Shown here: positions 52,407 through 62,653 of the stretch, piece after piece
Position numbering within the stretch: position 1 is the first letter of the stretch
Layout: each line of letters begins with the position of its first letter
Notes under the pieces: model-generated
What the model saw: the letters and a program-made list of their open reading frames with translations, nothing else
Told to the model about the DNA's origin: nothing
Database searches by the model: none
Source: Nannocystis bainbridge
GTDB lineage: Bacteria; Myxococcota_A; Polyangia; Nannocystales; Nannocystaceae
Direction: 5' to 3'
NCBI RefSeq assembly: GCF_028368995.1
Contig: NZ_JAQNDL010000003.1
Location: 1,280,001-1,344,000, forward strand
DNA length: 64,000 bases
Translations under genes and position numbers: made by a program

Positions 52407-53738
52407 TCAGTGCTCATGATGAAGATACGCCGCCTGCCGCGGCAGCCGCAGGCTCACCAAGAACGCGAGCGCCGCCATCGCGCTCACGTACCAGAAGAAC
52501 GCCGACTCGTGGCCCGCCGCCTTGAGCGCGAGCGCCACGTACTCGGCGGTCCCGCCGAAGATCGCGTTGGCCACCGCGTAGGCCAGCCCGACCCCGAGCG
52601 CCCGCACCTCGGCCGGGAACATCTCCGCCTTGACGATCCCGCTGATCGACGTGTACGCGCTGACGATCGCCAGCGCCGCCACCACCAGCACGAACGCCAG
52701 CGCCGGGCTGCTCACGTGCTGCAGCGCCGTCAAGATCGGCACCGTGAAGATCGCCCCCAGGCCGCCGAACAGCAGCATGTTGGTGCGTCGGCCGATCCGG
52801 TCCGACAGCGCCCCGAACAGCGGCTGCATACACATGCACAGGAACAGCGCCGCGGTCATCACGTAGCTCGCCGTCTTGATCGGCAGGTGCACCGTGTTGA
52901 CCAGGTACTTCTGCATGTACGTGGTGAACGTGTAGAACATCAGCGAGCCGCCGGCGGTGTAGCCCAGCACCGTGAAGAACGCCGCCCCGTGGTGGCGCAG
53001 CAGCCCCGCCACGCTGCCGGCCTCGGCGTTCGTGCGGGCCTCCTCGCTCTGCGTCTCGTGCAGCCCGCGGCGCAGCAGCAGCGCGACCACGGCCGCCACC
53101 GCCCCGGCCGCGAACGGGATCCGCCAGCCCCACGCCTTGAGGTCGGCCTCGCTCAGCAGCAGCTCGAGCACCACGATCACCAGCACCGCCAGCAGCTGCC
53201 CGCCGATCAGCGTCACGTACTGGAACGACGAGAAGAACCCCCGCTGCCCGCGGAGCGCCACCTCGCTCATGTACGTCGCCGTGGTCCCGTACTCGCCGCC
53301 GACCGAGAGGCCCTGGAACAGCCGGCACGCCAGCAGCAGCAGCGGCGCCCAGCCGCCGATCTGCGCGTGCGTCGGCAGGCAGGCGATCACCAGCGAACCG
53401 GCGCACATCATCGTCACCGAGATCAGCATCGAGGTCTTGCGCCCGAGCCGATCGCCGATCCTTCCGAACAACCACCCGCCGAGCGGCCGCATCAAGAACC
53501 CGGCCGCGAACACCCCCGCGGTGTTCAGCAGCTGCGCCGTCGGGTCCGAATCGGGGAAGAACGCCGGCGCGAAGTACAGCGCCGAGAACGCGTACACGTA
53601 AAAATCGAACCACTCGACCAGGTTGCCCGACGACGCCGCCACGATCGCGAACACGCGGCGGCGCTTCTCCTCCGCGGTGTAGTGCGGGCTCGCGGCAGGG
53701 ACCGTCGGGGTCGCGGGGGTCGTGGGATCGTCGCGCAT
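52407..53738 (-). CDS. kgtP: MFS metabolite:H+ symporter, alpha-ketoglutarate permease (KgtP-like)
   Basis: [35 protein letters not shown] and [15 protein letters not shown] motifs. Confidence 0.85.
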   Translation of the reverse strand: MRDDPTTPATPTVPAASPHYTAEEKRRRVFAIVAASSGNLVEWFDFYVYAFSALYFAPAFFPDSDPTAQLLNTAGVFAAGFLMRPLGGWLFGRIGDRLGRKTSMLISVTMMCAGSLVIACLPTHAQIGGWAPLLLLACRLFQGLSVGGEYGTTATYMSEVALRGQRGFFSSFQYVTLIGGQLLAVLVIVVLELLLSEADLKAWGWRIPFAAGAVAAVVALLLRRGLHETQSEEARTNAEAGSVAGLLRHHGAAFFTVLGYTAGGSLMFYTFTTYMQKYLVNTVHLPIKTASYVMTAALFLCMCMQPLFGALSDRIGRRTNMLLFGGLGAIFTVPILTALQHVSSPALAFVLVVAALAIVSAYTSISGIVKAEMFPAEVRALGVGLAYAVANAIFGGTAEYVALALKAAGHESAFFWYVSAMAALAFLVSLRLPRQAAYLHHEH

Positions 53739-54050
53739 GGTCCTCGCCCCGCAAGTGTTCGCCGAAAGCCCCCCACGCGCGCAACCTGCAATGCGCAGGT
53801 CGCTCGCCCGCCCTCGCCGCCGCCGTGGGGCCTCGTGCGGCCGCTGCAGCGCCGGCGCCGCTGGGGCAGCCCGAACCGCGGAGCCGCCCTGCGTCGTCGC
53901 CCGCCCGCTATCCCGCGAGCGCCGCACCGTGGGGCCCCTCCGCCGACGAGCCTCGCGCCTCCGTAGCACGCGACCGCCGACGATCGGCGAGGGCCACGCC
54001 GACCTCGCTGCGGTGTATCGCCGCAGCTCGCCGCGCCGAGTACCGCGAGC

Positions 54051-54950
54051 TCACCCGGCGCCGACGCGCTGATGAAACAGCTCCTCGAGGGCAGCCACCA
54101 CCGCGCGGATCCGCGGCACCTGCCGCAGCTCGCGGTGATACACCAGCCACACCGTCACCGACGGCAGCGGTTCCTCGATCTCGATCCGCACCACATTGTC
54201 GAGCTCGCGACCGACCACCTCCGCCATCATGGCGATCCCCTGCCCGCGCTCGGTCGCCTCGTGGATCGCCTGCATCGAGTTGGAGCGGAACGGGAAGTGC
54301 TTCGCCCCGCGCGCCACCAGCCACTCCTCCAATTCGCGCTGGCGCGGCATCGCCTGGCTGTGGCCGATGAAATCGTGGCGCTCGTAGTCGCCGGGGCGCA
54401 GGCGGGCCCCACGGAGCCGGCGCTCCACATACGCCTGCGACGCGAACAGCCCGAGGTGCAGCACGCCCAGGCGGCGCTCGATCAGCACCTGCGACTCGGT
54501 GCGAGTGGTGCGGAGCCCGATGTCCGCCTCGCGGCGGGCGAGGTCGGCCAGGCGCGACTCGGCCATCAGCTCGATGCACGTCTCCGGGTGCTTGCGGCGG
54601 AACTCGCACAGCCCCTGCGTCACCGCGCGCACGAACCCGTCGCCGACCGACAGCCGGACCGTGCCCGCCAGCTTCGAGCTGCGCCCGCCCGCGTCGCGCC
54701 GCACCGCCTGCAGCCCGTGCTCGAGCTCCTCCGCCAGCGCCACCAGCTGCAGCGCGTCCGGCTCGATCGACGTGCCCGCGCTGCTGCGGTGCACCAGCGT
54801 CCCCCCGAGCGCGGCCTCGAGCGCCTCGATGCGGCGCGCCACCGTCGAAGTCGAGGTGCCCAGGGCCCGCCCGGCCGCCAGGAAGCTGCCGTGGCGATGC
54901 ACCGCGAGCAACACGCGCAGGTCGTCCCAGGTCGTCGAGTCGATTTCCAT
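54051..54950 (-). CDS. LysR family transcriptional regulator
   Basis: WDDLRV.LAV...GSF..A...LG....TV.RRI..LE..LG HTH plus a substrate-binding domain. Confidence 0.93.
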   Translation of the reverse strand: MEIDSTTWDDLRVLLAVHRHGSFLAAGRALGTSTSTVARRIEALEAALGGTLVHRSSAGTSIEPDALQLVALAEELEHGLQAVRRDAGGRSSKLAGTVRLSVGDGFVRAVTQGLCEFRRKHPETCIELMAESRLADLARREADIGLRTTRTESQVLIERRLGVLHLGLFASQAYVERRLRGARLRPGDYERHDFIGHSQAMPRQRELEEWLVARGAKHFPFRSNSMQAIHEATERGQGIAMMAEVVGRELDNVVRIEIEEPLPSVTVWLVYHRELRQVPRIRAVVAALEELFHQRVGAG

Positions 54951-55027
54951 ATCCGGGAAACCGTTTAACAGAAATGTCCATCGCTGCGAAGCCGCAGCGC
55001 GCTCATCCTTCGCCGCGGGAGCCTCTC

Positions 55028-56416
55028 ATGACTCTATTTGTGAACGGCCGGGGCGCCGCTGCCCCGTGGTGCATTCCTTTGTTCGCCTTGCTCGTCGCCT
55101 GCGGCGGCGACGACAGCGAGGCGTCCGCGACCGACGTCGGTGATTCCACGAGCGCGACCGCGGGCGAGGAGGCGCCCCTCACCTATTGGCAGGACGTCGC
55201 CCCCATCTACTACGCGCGCTGCGTCACCTGTCATCAGGCCGGCGGGATCGCCCCGTTCCGCCTCGACGATTACGCCGCGGCCGAGCCGTGGGCCGCGGCA
55301 TCGGCGAGCGCCGTCGCGGCGCGCACGATGCCGCCGTGGCTGGTGACCGACGACGGCAGCTGCGGCAGCTTCGAGGGCTCGCGCGCGCTGTCGGCGGAAG
55401 AGATCGATGCGATCGAGGGCTGGGCCGCCGCGGGCGCGCCCGAGGGCGAGCCGCGCACCGACCTCGCGCTGCCGCAGATCGAGGTCCTCGCCGACGCGAT
55501 CACCTACGAGACCCCGTCGTTCGTGCCCGAGGCCGAGGGCGGCGACCTGGCCGCGTTCGACGAGTACCGCTGCTTCCGCGTCGAAACCGGCCTCACCGCC
55601 GATCGCTTCCTCACCGGTTACAGCGTCGAGCCTGGCGTGGCGGCGATGATCCACCACGTGCTCGTCGTCATCGTCGACCCCGAAACCCCGGGCGCCGGCG
55701 GCGTCAAGAACAAGGACCTCATCACCGCGCTCGACGCTGAATCACCCGACCGCGACGGTTGGCCCTGCTTCGGCGCCGCCGGCGAAGGCGTCCAGCCGCG
55801 AGGGATCCCCGTGTCATGGGCCCCCGGTCAGGGCATCAGCGAGCTGCCCGCCGGCACCGGCTATCGCATGACGAAGGACGACTGGATGATCGTCCAGGTC
55901 CACTACAACCTCACCGACGACGCGCTCGCCGGCGTCGAGGACAAGACGGCCGTGCACGTCCGTTACGCCGACAGCGTCGAGCGCGAGGGCCACTTCTTCC
56001 TGCCCGACGACCTCCTCAACAGCCTCGCCACCGGCGATCCCGTGCAGCTCGCGCCCGGCGAGGCCTCGGTCGAGTACAGCTTCGACTTCAAGCTCGCCGA
56101 CTTCCTGCCGCACCACGGCGCGCAGACCGGCGAGCTGCTCGGCATCTTCCCGCACATGCATCAATACGGGCGCAAGCTCAAGGTCGAGCTGGTCGAGGGC
56201 GCCGCCGCCCCCCGCTGCGCCGCCGATGTCCAGCGCTGGGACTTCGACTGGCAGCTCTACTACTTTTATCAGCAGCCGCTGCCGCTGACCATCGATTCGA
56301 AGCTGCGGATCACCTGTAATTACGACACCCGCAGCGCGGTCGACCCGGTCCTCCCGGGCTGGGGCACCAACAACGAGATGTGCCTCGCCGGCGTGTTCAT
56401 CGTCCCCGACCCGTGA
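55028..56416 (+). CDS. Lipoprotein with c-type heme motif and copper type II (PHM/DBH-like) monooxygenase domain
   Basis: LVAC lipobox, CVTCH...MPPW, IHH, QVHY, PHMH and NEMC. Confidence 0.82.
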   Translation: MTLFVNGRGAAAPWCIPLFALLVACGGDDSEASATDVGDSTSATAGEEAPLTYWQDVAPIYYARCVTCHQAGGIAPFRLDDYAAAEPWAAASASAVAARTMPPWLVTDDGSCGSFEGSRALSAEEIDAIEGWAAAGAPEGEPRTDLALPQIEVLADAITYETPSFVPEAEGGDLAAFDEYRCFRVETGLTADRFLTGYSVEPGVAAMIHHVLVVIVDPETPGAGGVKNKDLITALDAESPDRDGWPCFGAAGEGVQPRGIPVSWAPGQGISELPAGTGYRMTKDDWMIVQVHYNLTDDALAGVEDKTAVHVRYADSVEREGHFFLPDDLLNSLATGDPVQLAPGEASVEYSFDFKLADFLPHHGAQTGELLGIFPHMHQYGRKLKVELVEGAAAPRCAADVQRWDFDWQLYYFYQQPLPLTIDSKLRITCNYDTRSAVDPVLPGWGTNNEMCLAGVFIVPDP

Positions 56417-56600
56417 GCCCCGCCGGGGCCGGCGCGCCGCTCGAGGGAATGGTCGTGTTCATCGTCCCGGGCCCGTGAGCCCCGCCGGGGGTCGGCGGGC
56501 CGCTCGAGGAATGACGAGAGCGCAGTCGTGCTCGCGGCGGCGGCCCCTCGCTGCACGCGCGCACGAGCCAGGGGTGCCGCGTGATACGCTCGGTCTCTCC

Positions 56601-57431
56601 ATGAGCGACGCCACCCCGCCGACGATCATCGACGCCTGGATGCAGCACCCGACCCCGCGGTTCATGGCGCAGCCGTGGCTCGACTCGCTCAAGCGCTGGA
56701 CCGGCGACGATTTCGCCGGCCCGTGGCCGCTCGAGGCGACGCTGACGAGCATGGACCAGGGGGGCGTCGGCTTCGGCCTCATCAGCGCGTGGGTCGGGCC
56801 CATGGGCCCGCTCGTCAGCAACGACGAGGTCGCCGCATGGGTCGCGCAGGCGCCCTCGCGGCTGGCGGGCATCGGCTCCGTCGACATCACCCGGCCGATG
56901 GACGCCGTGCGCGAGCTGCGTCGCTGCGTCAAGCAGCTCGGGTTCCGCGGCGTGCGCGTGCTGCCGTGGCTGTGGGAGCTGCCGCCGACGCACCCGCGGT
57001 TCTATCCGCTGTACGCCGAGTGCTGCGAGCTCGGCGTCCCGTTCTGCACCCAGGTCGGCCACACCGGCCCGCTGAAGCCGTCCGAGGTCGGCAGACCGAT
57101 CCCCTACATCGACCAGATCGCCCTCGATTTCCCCGAGCTCGTGATCGTCGGCGGCCACATCGGCTACCCGTGGACCGAGGAGATGGTGGCCGTCTGCACC
57201 AAGCACCGGAATGTCTATATCGACACCTCCGCCTATACCATCAAGCGCTACCCGCCGACGCTCGTGCAGTACCTCGCCGCGCACGGCCGCAAGAAGGTGC
57301 TGTTCGGCACCAACTGGCCGATGATCGCCCCGGCCCACGCGCTCGCGGGCGTCGATGCGCTCGGCCTCGACGCCGAGGCGCGCGCGCTGTTCCTCGCCGG
57401 CAACGCCCGGCGTGTGTTCAAGCTGGCCTGA
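56601..57431 (+). CDS. Amidohydrolase_2 family protein
   Basis: DAWMQH, GFRGVR..PW, GGHIGYPW, NVYIDTSAY and LFGTNWP motifs. Confidence 0.9.
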   Translation: MSDATPPTIIDAWMQHPTPRFMAQPWLDSLKRWTGDDFAGPWPLEATLTSMDQGGVGFGLISAWVGPMGPLVSNDEVAAWVAQAPSRLAGIGSVDITRPMDAVRELRRCVKQLGFRGVRVLPWLWELPPTHPRFYPLYAECCELGVPFCTQVGHTGPLKPSEVGRPIPYIDQIALDFPELVIVGGHIGYPWTEEMVAVCTKHRNVYIDTSAYTIKRYPPTLVQYLAAHGRKKVLFGTNWPMIAPAHALAGVDALGLDAEARALFLAGNARRVFKLA

Positions 57432-57556
57432 CAGCGGCGGCTCTTCGCGTTTTCCCGCGGCCGTCGAGCCGCGTCGATGGCCACGAGCATGCTCCGAGAC
57501 GCACAGGCACGGTTACGACGAATCTCCCGGCGAGCTCGCAAGCGAGGAGCGCCGCA

Positions 57557-58069
57557 TCACTCGCGCGCGACCTCGGGAGCCGCTCGCCCGCGGCTCTCCG
57601 CCTGCCGCAGCTCGCGCTCGAGGAAATAATTCAGCAGCGTCCGCAGCACCACGATCGCCGCCAGCTGACCGATCACCGCCAGCGACGGCGCCACGGCCGT
57701 CTTGAGGATGTCGGCCGCCAGCTCGAACTCCAGCGCCAGCGCCAGCGATTTGCCGAGCTGCAGCCGGATCTCGTCCTGATACGTGTCCCGCGGCGAGGCG
57801 CGGCGCGGCAGGTGCGGCACGAAGCGAGCGAGGGCCCGCAGCACCGCCACGGCGATCACCAGCGCCCCGCACAGCTCGGCGAAGAACGTCATGTACTGGA
57901 CGACGGTCGCCAGCACCATCTCGGTGGCACAGGCCCCGGGGATCGCGTTCTCGCATATCTCGCGAGCAGGCTCGACCGCGGCCGCCGGGGCCACCGCGCC
58001 GTCCTCGATGCGCACGGTGAGAGGGCAGGCGCACAGCACGAGCAGCGGGGCGAGACGAAGGAGACGCAT
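57557..58069 (-). CDS. DUF1622 family membrane protein with N-terminal extension
   Basis: IRLQLG.SL.LALEF.LAADI..T...PS......L..IV.LRT.LNYFL.REL motif. Confidence 0.85.
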   Translation of the reverse strand: MRLLRLAPLLVLCACPLTVRIEDGAVAPAAAVEPAREICENAIPGACATEMVLATVVQYMTFFAELCGALVIAVAVLRALARFVPHLPRRASPRDTYQDEIRLQLGKSLALALEFELAADILKTAVAPSLAVIGQLAAIVVLRTLLNYFLERELRQAESRGRAAPEVARE

Positions 58070-58426
58070 CACGCGAAATCTTGGTCGACGTCGCCGACCC
58101 GGGCCGCACCCCCGGCGTCGCCCGCCCACGCGCTCGCCCGTCGCGCGACGGACAGGCCCGCCGGGCCCATCGGCGCAGCATGCGAGCCGCGCAATCACGA
58201 GCGGGCTCGGCCGCAACACTCGACCGGAGCGCCTTCGCTTTGTCCTCACGCATCACGGCGCGTATCGACATTGTGCGCTAATGTCGGGAGCAACCGACAC
58301 GCGCACGCTCGTGCCCACGCCTGCGGTGATCGACGGCTCGCATCATTCGTCGCACGCGCAAGCCGGCCATATGCGGCACACCTTGTCGCGGGCGATGCAC
58401 ATCTTTGCCGCAGAGGGCAGCTCACA

Positions 58427-58810
58427 TCATTCGTCGCACGCGCAGCCGGGCGGCGTGCGGCATGTCTTGTCGCGAGCGATGCACGTATTGCCGCAGGCCT
58501 TGCCCTTGTGACACATCCGGCAGCACGCCCCTGCCGGCGACGCCTCGGGCTCCGGCTCCGGCTCCGGCTCCGGCGCCTCGACGCGCATGTGCGTCTCCGT
58601 GGTGGTGGACCGCTCCTCGACCGTCCACGACGACTCGCGGTGCTCGACCCTCGGCCCCGGCGCCGCGCGGGGCGGCGGCGGCGGCGGAGGCGGTCCCCAG
58701 GGTGGGTCGGGCTCCGGCTCGACCACCGGCGGCGGGGCCGGAGCCGGGGTCCCCCGCGCGTGTCCGCAGGCCAGCATTCCGGTCACCCCGATTGCAGTGA
58801 GGACGCGCAA
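58427..58810 (-). CDS. Small Pro-rich lipoprotein with Cys-rich C-terminal domain
   Basis: MLAC lipobox and CCRMCHKGKACGNTCI.....C....GCAC. The start is TTG 58810 or ATG 58870. Confidence 0.7.
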   Translation of the reverse strand: MRVLTAIGVTGMLACGHARGTPAPAPPPVVEPEPDPPWGPPPPPPPPRAAPGPRVEHRESSWTVEERSTTTETHMRVEAPEPEPEPEPEASPAGACCRMCHKGKACGNTCIARDKTCRTPPGCACDE

Positions 58811-58868
58811 CGGCAGGCCGAGCCGCCGGCGCGCTGCAGCGAGCGCGGGATCGATACATTGCTGGGCC

Positions 58869-60386
58869 ATGCGGATCCTATGCATCGCCGCCTTATCCCT
58901 CGCCGCCTGCGCCGGCGTCAACACCGGTCAATCGACCCGGGTCCTCGCCCCGCCCGAGGCCCAGCTCGGCCACGGCTATGATTCGCTGTCCGGCGATATG
59001 CGCGGCGCCTGCGTGGCCCCGCGGCCGGTGAACCGCACGCGCAGCGGCGGCATGTGGCGCCGCCACGTCTTCTTCGCTCGCAGCCGCGAGGAGGTCGCGC
59101 GCCAGGTCGGCTTCTCCGGCGGCGTGAGCCTCGGCCTGTCCGACTTCGGCCTCGACCTCGGGCTCGAGAACCTCGATCGCCGGACCCACCGTCGGGCCAC
59201 CACCTTCACGGTCATCCAGATCTCCTTCGACTCCCCGGGCCATTCGCTGGTCGATTATCGCCTGCAAGACGGGGCCGCCGCGACCCTCCGCCGCGAAGGG
59301 GCGCACAAGTTCTACGAGGGCTGCGGCGACGGCTTCGTCGCCGCGGTCCGCAGCGGCGGGCTGTTCCTCGGCATCGTCGCGCTCGAGGAGGTCGCCGACG
59401 CCGAACTGCAGCGGGTCTCCGGCGGCGCCGGGGTGTCGTTCTTCGGCTTCGGCGTCAGGGCCGGGGCCGGCAGCGAAACCCGGCAATTCTTCGCGCGGCA
59501 CCGCGCCCGCTATTACGTGCTGCAGAACGGCGGCGGCCCGGGCGGCTGGAACTCGGTGAGCGAGCTGCAGGACATCGACGTCCTGGTCCAGCGCGCCCAG
59601 GCGTTCGAGCGCGAGGTCCAGGCCGGCGCGACCGTGCCGACGCAGCTCATCGTCAAGCCGTACCAGGTGATCTCCAACCTGCCGCGCGGCGCCACCCTGT
59701 GGAACCTGCTCCCGCAGCAGCGCTTCCTCGACGCGCTGGCCCTGCGCCACGGCGAGCTCAAGCGGGCCGACGACGAGGTCCAGTCGCGCATCGCCGCTGG
59801 CTATTGCAAGCGCCGCGGCGACGCCAGGGAGCTCGAGCGGCTCCACGCGCGCTATGCCCCCGCGATCGAGGCCAGCCGCAAGCGCGCGCAGGACTGCCAG
59901 ATCGATCCGCGGCGGAGCTGCAGCGATCGCGGGCTGACCTTCGTCGACCCGCCGGCTCACGCCAGGGCGCTCGCGCGCTGCGAGCCGCCGCCCCCGCCTG
60001 TCGATCTCACCCCGCCTCCGCCGCCCCCGCAGCCCGGCGTCGACGCCCCGTGCCACCTGTGGCAGTTCTCGTCGCTCTCCGTGCGCGTCGCCTCGCGCGA
60101 GTACGACGCCGATGGTTCGGCCCCCGAGCTCATCGTCTCGCTGCACAGCGACGGGCGCCAGATCGGCCTGCCGACCGTCAGCAGCTATTCGCATCAGGGC
60201 GAGCTGACCGACCTGTATTTAAAGCCAGGTGCGGCGGTGACCGTCTCGATCTGGGACCGCGACCTCATGGTCGACGATCACCTCGCCTCGCTCGCCGGCA
60301 ACGTCCCGCCGATGCTCCCGTCCGGGCAGTGGACGCTCGGAAAGGGCGAGACGCGGGCCGTGCTGGCCGCCCAGTGCCGGGATTGA
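58869..60386 (+). CDS. Lipoprotein with putative MACPF-like N-domain and C2-like C-domain
   Basis: LAAC lipobox, LGHGYD, CGDGF-X6-GG, a Pro linker and D.DG...VSIWDRD...DD. Confidence 0.6.
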   Translation: MRILCIAALSLAACAGVNTGQSTRVLAPPEAQLGHGYDSLSGDMRGACVAPRPVNRTRSGGMWRRHVFFARSREEVARQVGFSGGVSLGLSDFGLDLGLENLDRRTHRRATTFTVIQISFDSPGHSLVDYRLQDGAAATLRREGAHKFYEGCGDGFVAAVRSGGLFLGIVALEEVADAELQRVSGGAGVSFFGFGVRAGAGSETRQFFARHRARYYVLQNGGGPGGWNSVSELQDIDVLVQRAQAFEREVQAGATVPTQLIVKPYQVISNLPRGATLWNLLPQQRFLDALALRHGELKRADDEVQSRIAAGYCKRRGDARELERLHARYAPAIEASRKRAQDCQIDPRRSCSDRGLTFVDPPAHARALARCEPPPPPVDLTPPPPPPQPGVDAPCHLWQFSSLSVRVASREYDADGSAPELIVSLHSDGRQIGLPTVSSYSHQGELTDLYLKPGAAVTVSIWDRDLMVDDHLASLAGNVPPMLPSGQWTLGKGETRAVLAAQCRD

Positions 60387-60682
60387 GCCGCCGAGCGATC
60401 GCTGCCCGATTCGCGGATCGCTGACCTGCAGCGCGAATCCGCGAACGCCACCGCATGGCGAGAATCCGACGACATGTCCCGTAGGACATGTTTTTTTTAA
60501 AAAAATAAGAATGCCATCGTTGACGAAGCACGCGGGCGTCCCTCGCATGCGCGGGCCCGGGGCCCCATCACCGCCTTCTGCGCGGCGTTCTCATACGTGC
60601 GAACCTCACCCGCACGTTTGCGACGGCGGCCTCGCGGGTGCGCGCGCGCGTCGAGGTAAAACGGAGCCCGACAGGTGGGTTC

Positions 60683-62035
60683 ATGAACACGCGCATTCGC
60701 TCTGCTTCGCTCCCCTCCCGCTCTTCCGTCCTCACGCTCTCATGGGCCCTGACGATCGGCCTGCCGCTCGCGGGGGCGAGCTGCGGTGGCGGCGGCGGCC
60801 CTGCTGCGAGCAGCGACACTGACGGCGTCGGAACCGAGACCACCGCTGCGAGCGACGTCACCGCCAGCGAGCCGACGACATCCCCTTCGAGCGCCGGCCC
60901 CACGACCTCCTCCACCACCGGCGACAGTGGCGGTCCCACGACCTCCTCCTCGACCCGCGGAGACGCCCCGGACCTCACGACCTCCTCCTCGACCGGCGAT
61001 GACCTGCCCGCGAGCTACCGCCACGGCGACCTCGTGACCATCGAGGGCGATTTCGGCAGCAACGACGTCACCCGGACCTTCCTCGGCGGCGCTGACGGCA
61101 AGATCGAGTCGCTCTCGCCCGGGCAGACCATGGAGAGCGGCGACGGTTGGTCGTTCAACGATCTCGGCGGCCCCACCAGCGTCGAGATCGACCCCGAGCG
61201 CGGCAGGGTCCTTTTTACGCCCGAGGACAGCGATCACTACAACGCCACCCGGCGCTTCGATCCGGGCTTCCCCATCGCCGAGCAGCGGCACTTTTATAAG
61301 GCCCACTACGTGCGCAACGTGATGCTCCTGGACGGCGCCCCGTACGTCAAGACCTACCAGTGGAAGCACGAGCGCGTGAACTGGGAGAACACCGTCGTCG
61401 ACGGCGACTGCGAGATCAAGATCCACAACCAGATCGGCGGCGCCGGCGTGCTCACCTTCGTCAACCGCTCGGCCAGCGACAAGTCCACCTATTACGGCGG
61501 ACAGGCCGGCGACAGCAACGGCGGCTGGGCGCTGCTGGAGATCCTCGTCTTCACCGGCACCGAGGGGCAGGAGGACGGCAAGCTGATCACCCGCGTGCAC
61601 AAGGACGGCAAGACGATCATCAGCGAGAACATGCAGACCGAGCGGATCTACGCTGACCCGTCCATGCGCCTGCGTCACTTCATCGAGCAGAACTACTTCG
61701 GCAATTTCGGCCAGGCCGAGGACGGTGTCGACAATCCGCTGCCCAAGCCGGACGTGCGCGAGCTGTGGTCGGACGACAGCCGCGTCCTCGTCGGCAACAC
61801 CGCCGAGACTGGCTGGAGGCGCGTCGAGCTGCGCGACAGCGTCGACCTCCAGAGCGCCACGCTGCGCGAGGTCCAGGAGTGGATCGGCTGGGACGGCGCC
61901 ATCGACCTGCGCCTCAACGCCGACGGCCTCCCCCCGGGCGAGCACGACCTGTTCCTGGTCGTCATCGACGGCGTCGACCCCGAGGGCTGGGACATCGTGA
62001 CTCACGCCATGCCCATCCGCGTCGGCGTCGATTGA
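60683..62035 (+). CDS. Secreted lipoprotein with Thr/Ser linker and unknown beta-rich domain
   Basis: GASC lipobox, T/S/G repeats and an aromatic-rich globular domain. Confidence 0.75.
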   Translation: MNTRIRSASLPSRSSVLTLSWALTIGLPLAGASCGGGGGPAASSDTDGVGTETTAASDVTASEPTTSPSSAGPTTSSTTGDSGGPTTSSSTRGDAPDLTTSSSTGDDLPASYRHGDLVTIEGDFGSNDVTRTFLGGADGKIESLSPGQTMESGDGWSFNDLGGPTSVEIDPERGRVLFTPEDSDHYNATRRFDPGFPIAEQRHFYKAHYVRNVMLLDGAPYVKTYQWKHERVNWENTVVDGDCEIKIHNQIGGAGVLTFVNRSASDKSTYYGGQAGDSNGGWALLEILVFTGTEGQEDGKLITRVHKDGKTIISENMQTERIYADPSMRLRHFIEQNYFGNFGQAEDGVDNPLPKPDVRELWSDDSRVLVGNTAETGWRRVELRDSVDLQSATLREVQEWIGWDGAIDLRLNADGLPPGEHDLFLVVIDGVDPEGWDIVTHAMPIRVGVD

Positions 62036-62110
62036 GGCGCGGCGAAAACCGGGCACGCGCCGAAGCGCCGGCACGTGGTCCCCTTTCGTTTGTCGCGGAG
62101 GCGACGCGTA

Positions 62111-62653
62111 TCAATCGACGCGTGCAGCGGCCACCGCGACGAGGGCCGAATACGGGGCGAGCGCCGACCCCAGGGCGGCGTCGAGGGCGTCGTTGCGAAA
62201 CTCCGCGTCGGCGGCGGACCGGATGTCCGTCGTGAAGAAGGCTTGCCCCGTGCGCAAGCCCGTGTGACTCGCGGCGACGAAGGCATCGCCGGGCCGCGCG
62301 TCGTGGGCCCCTGCGGCGAGCTCCTCGAGCACCCCGCCGCGCTCGCGGTAGCAACGCGCGCCGCCGGTGCTTGCAACGTGGGCCACGTCGCCGAGCAGGA
62401 GCACGACGCTCGCGCCCGAACAATAGGGCGGCGGTGGGGTCGCGGCTGCGAGCGTCGCGGCTGCGCCGTCGCTCACGCGAGCCAGGCGTGCAAGGGCGCC
62501 CTTGATGCCCTCGAGCGACGGGGTGGCGAGATTGCCCTGCACCGCGACCAACGCGACCACGCGCCCCTCCTCGACCGACCGCGCCTCCACGCTGGACGCC
62601 GCGTCGGTGTCTGCGCGCCGTCCGTGAACGAGGGCCCCGAACTGTGTTGCCAT
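62111..62653 (-). CDS. Hypothetical protein
   Basis: ORF MATQFGAL... with plausible composition. No motif recognised. Confidence 0.5.
   Translation of the reverse strand: MATQFGALVHGRRADTDAASSVEARSVEEGRVVALVAVQGNLATPSLEGIKGALARLARVSDGAAATLAAATPPPPYCSGASVVLLLGDVAHVASTGGARCYRERGGVLEELAAGAHDARPGDAFVAASHTGLRTGQAFFTTDIRSAADAEFRNDALDAALGSALAPYSALVAVAAARVD

Noticed and set aside
58343-58510. Diversity-generating retroelement TR/VR pair
   Set aside because: Differences between the copies are not adenine-specific and no reverse transcriptase is present.
58868-58871. Divergent genes sharing one CATG as both start codons
   Set aside because: TTG at 58810 gives a better lipoprotein signal for the minus-strand gene, so the overlap is not required.
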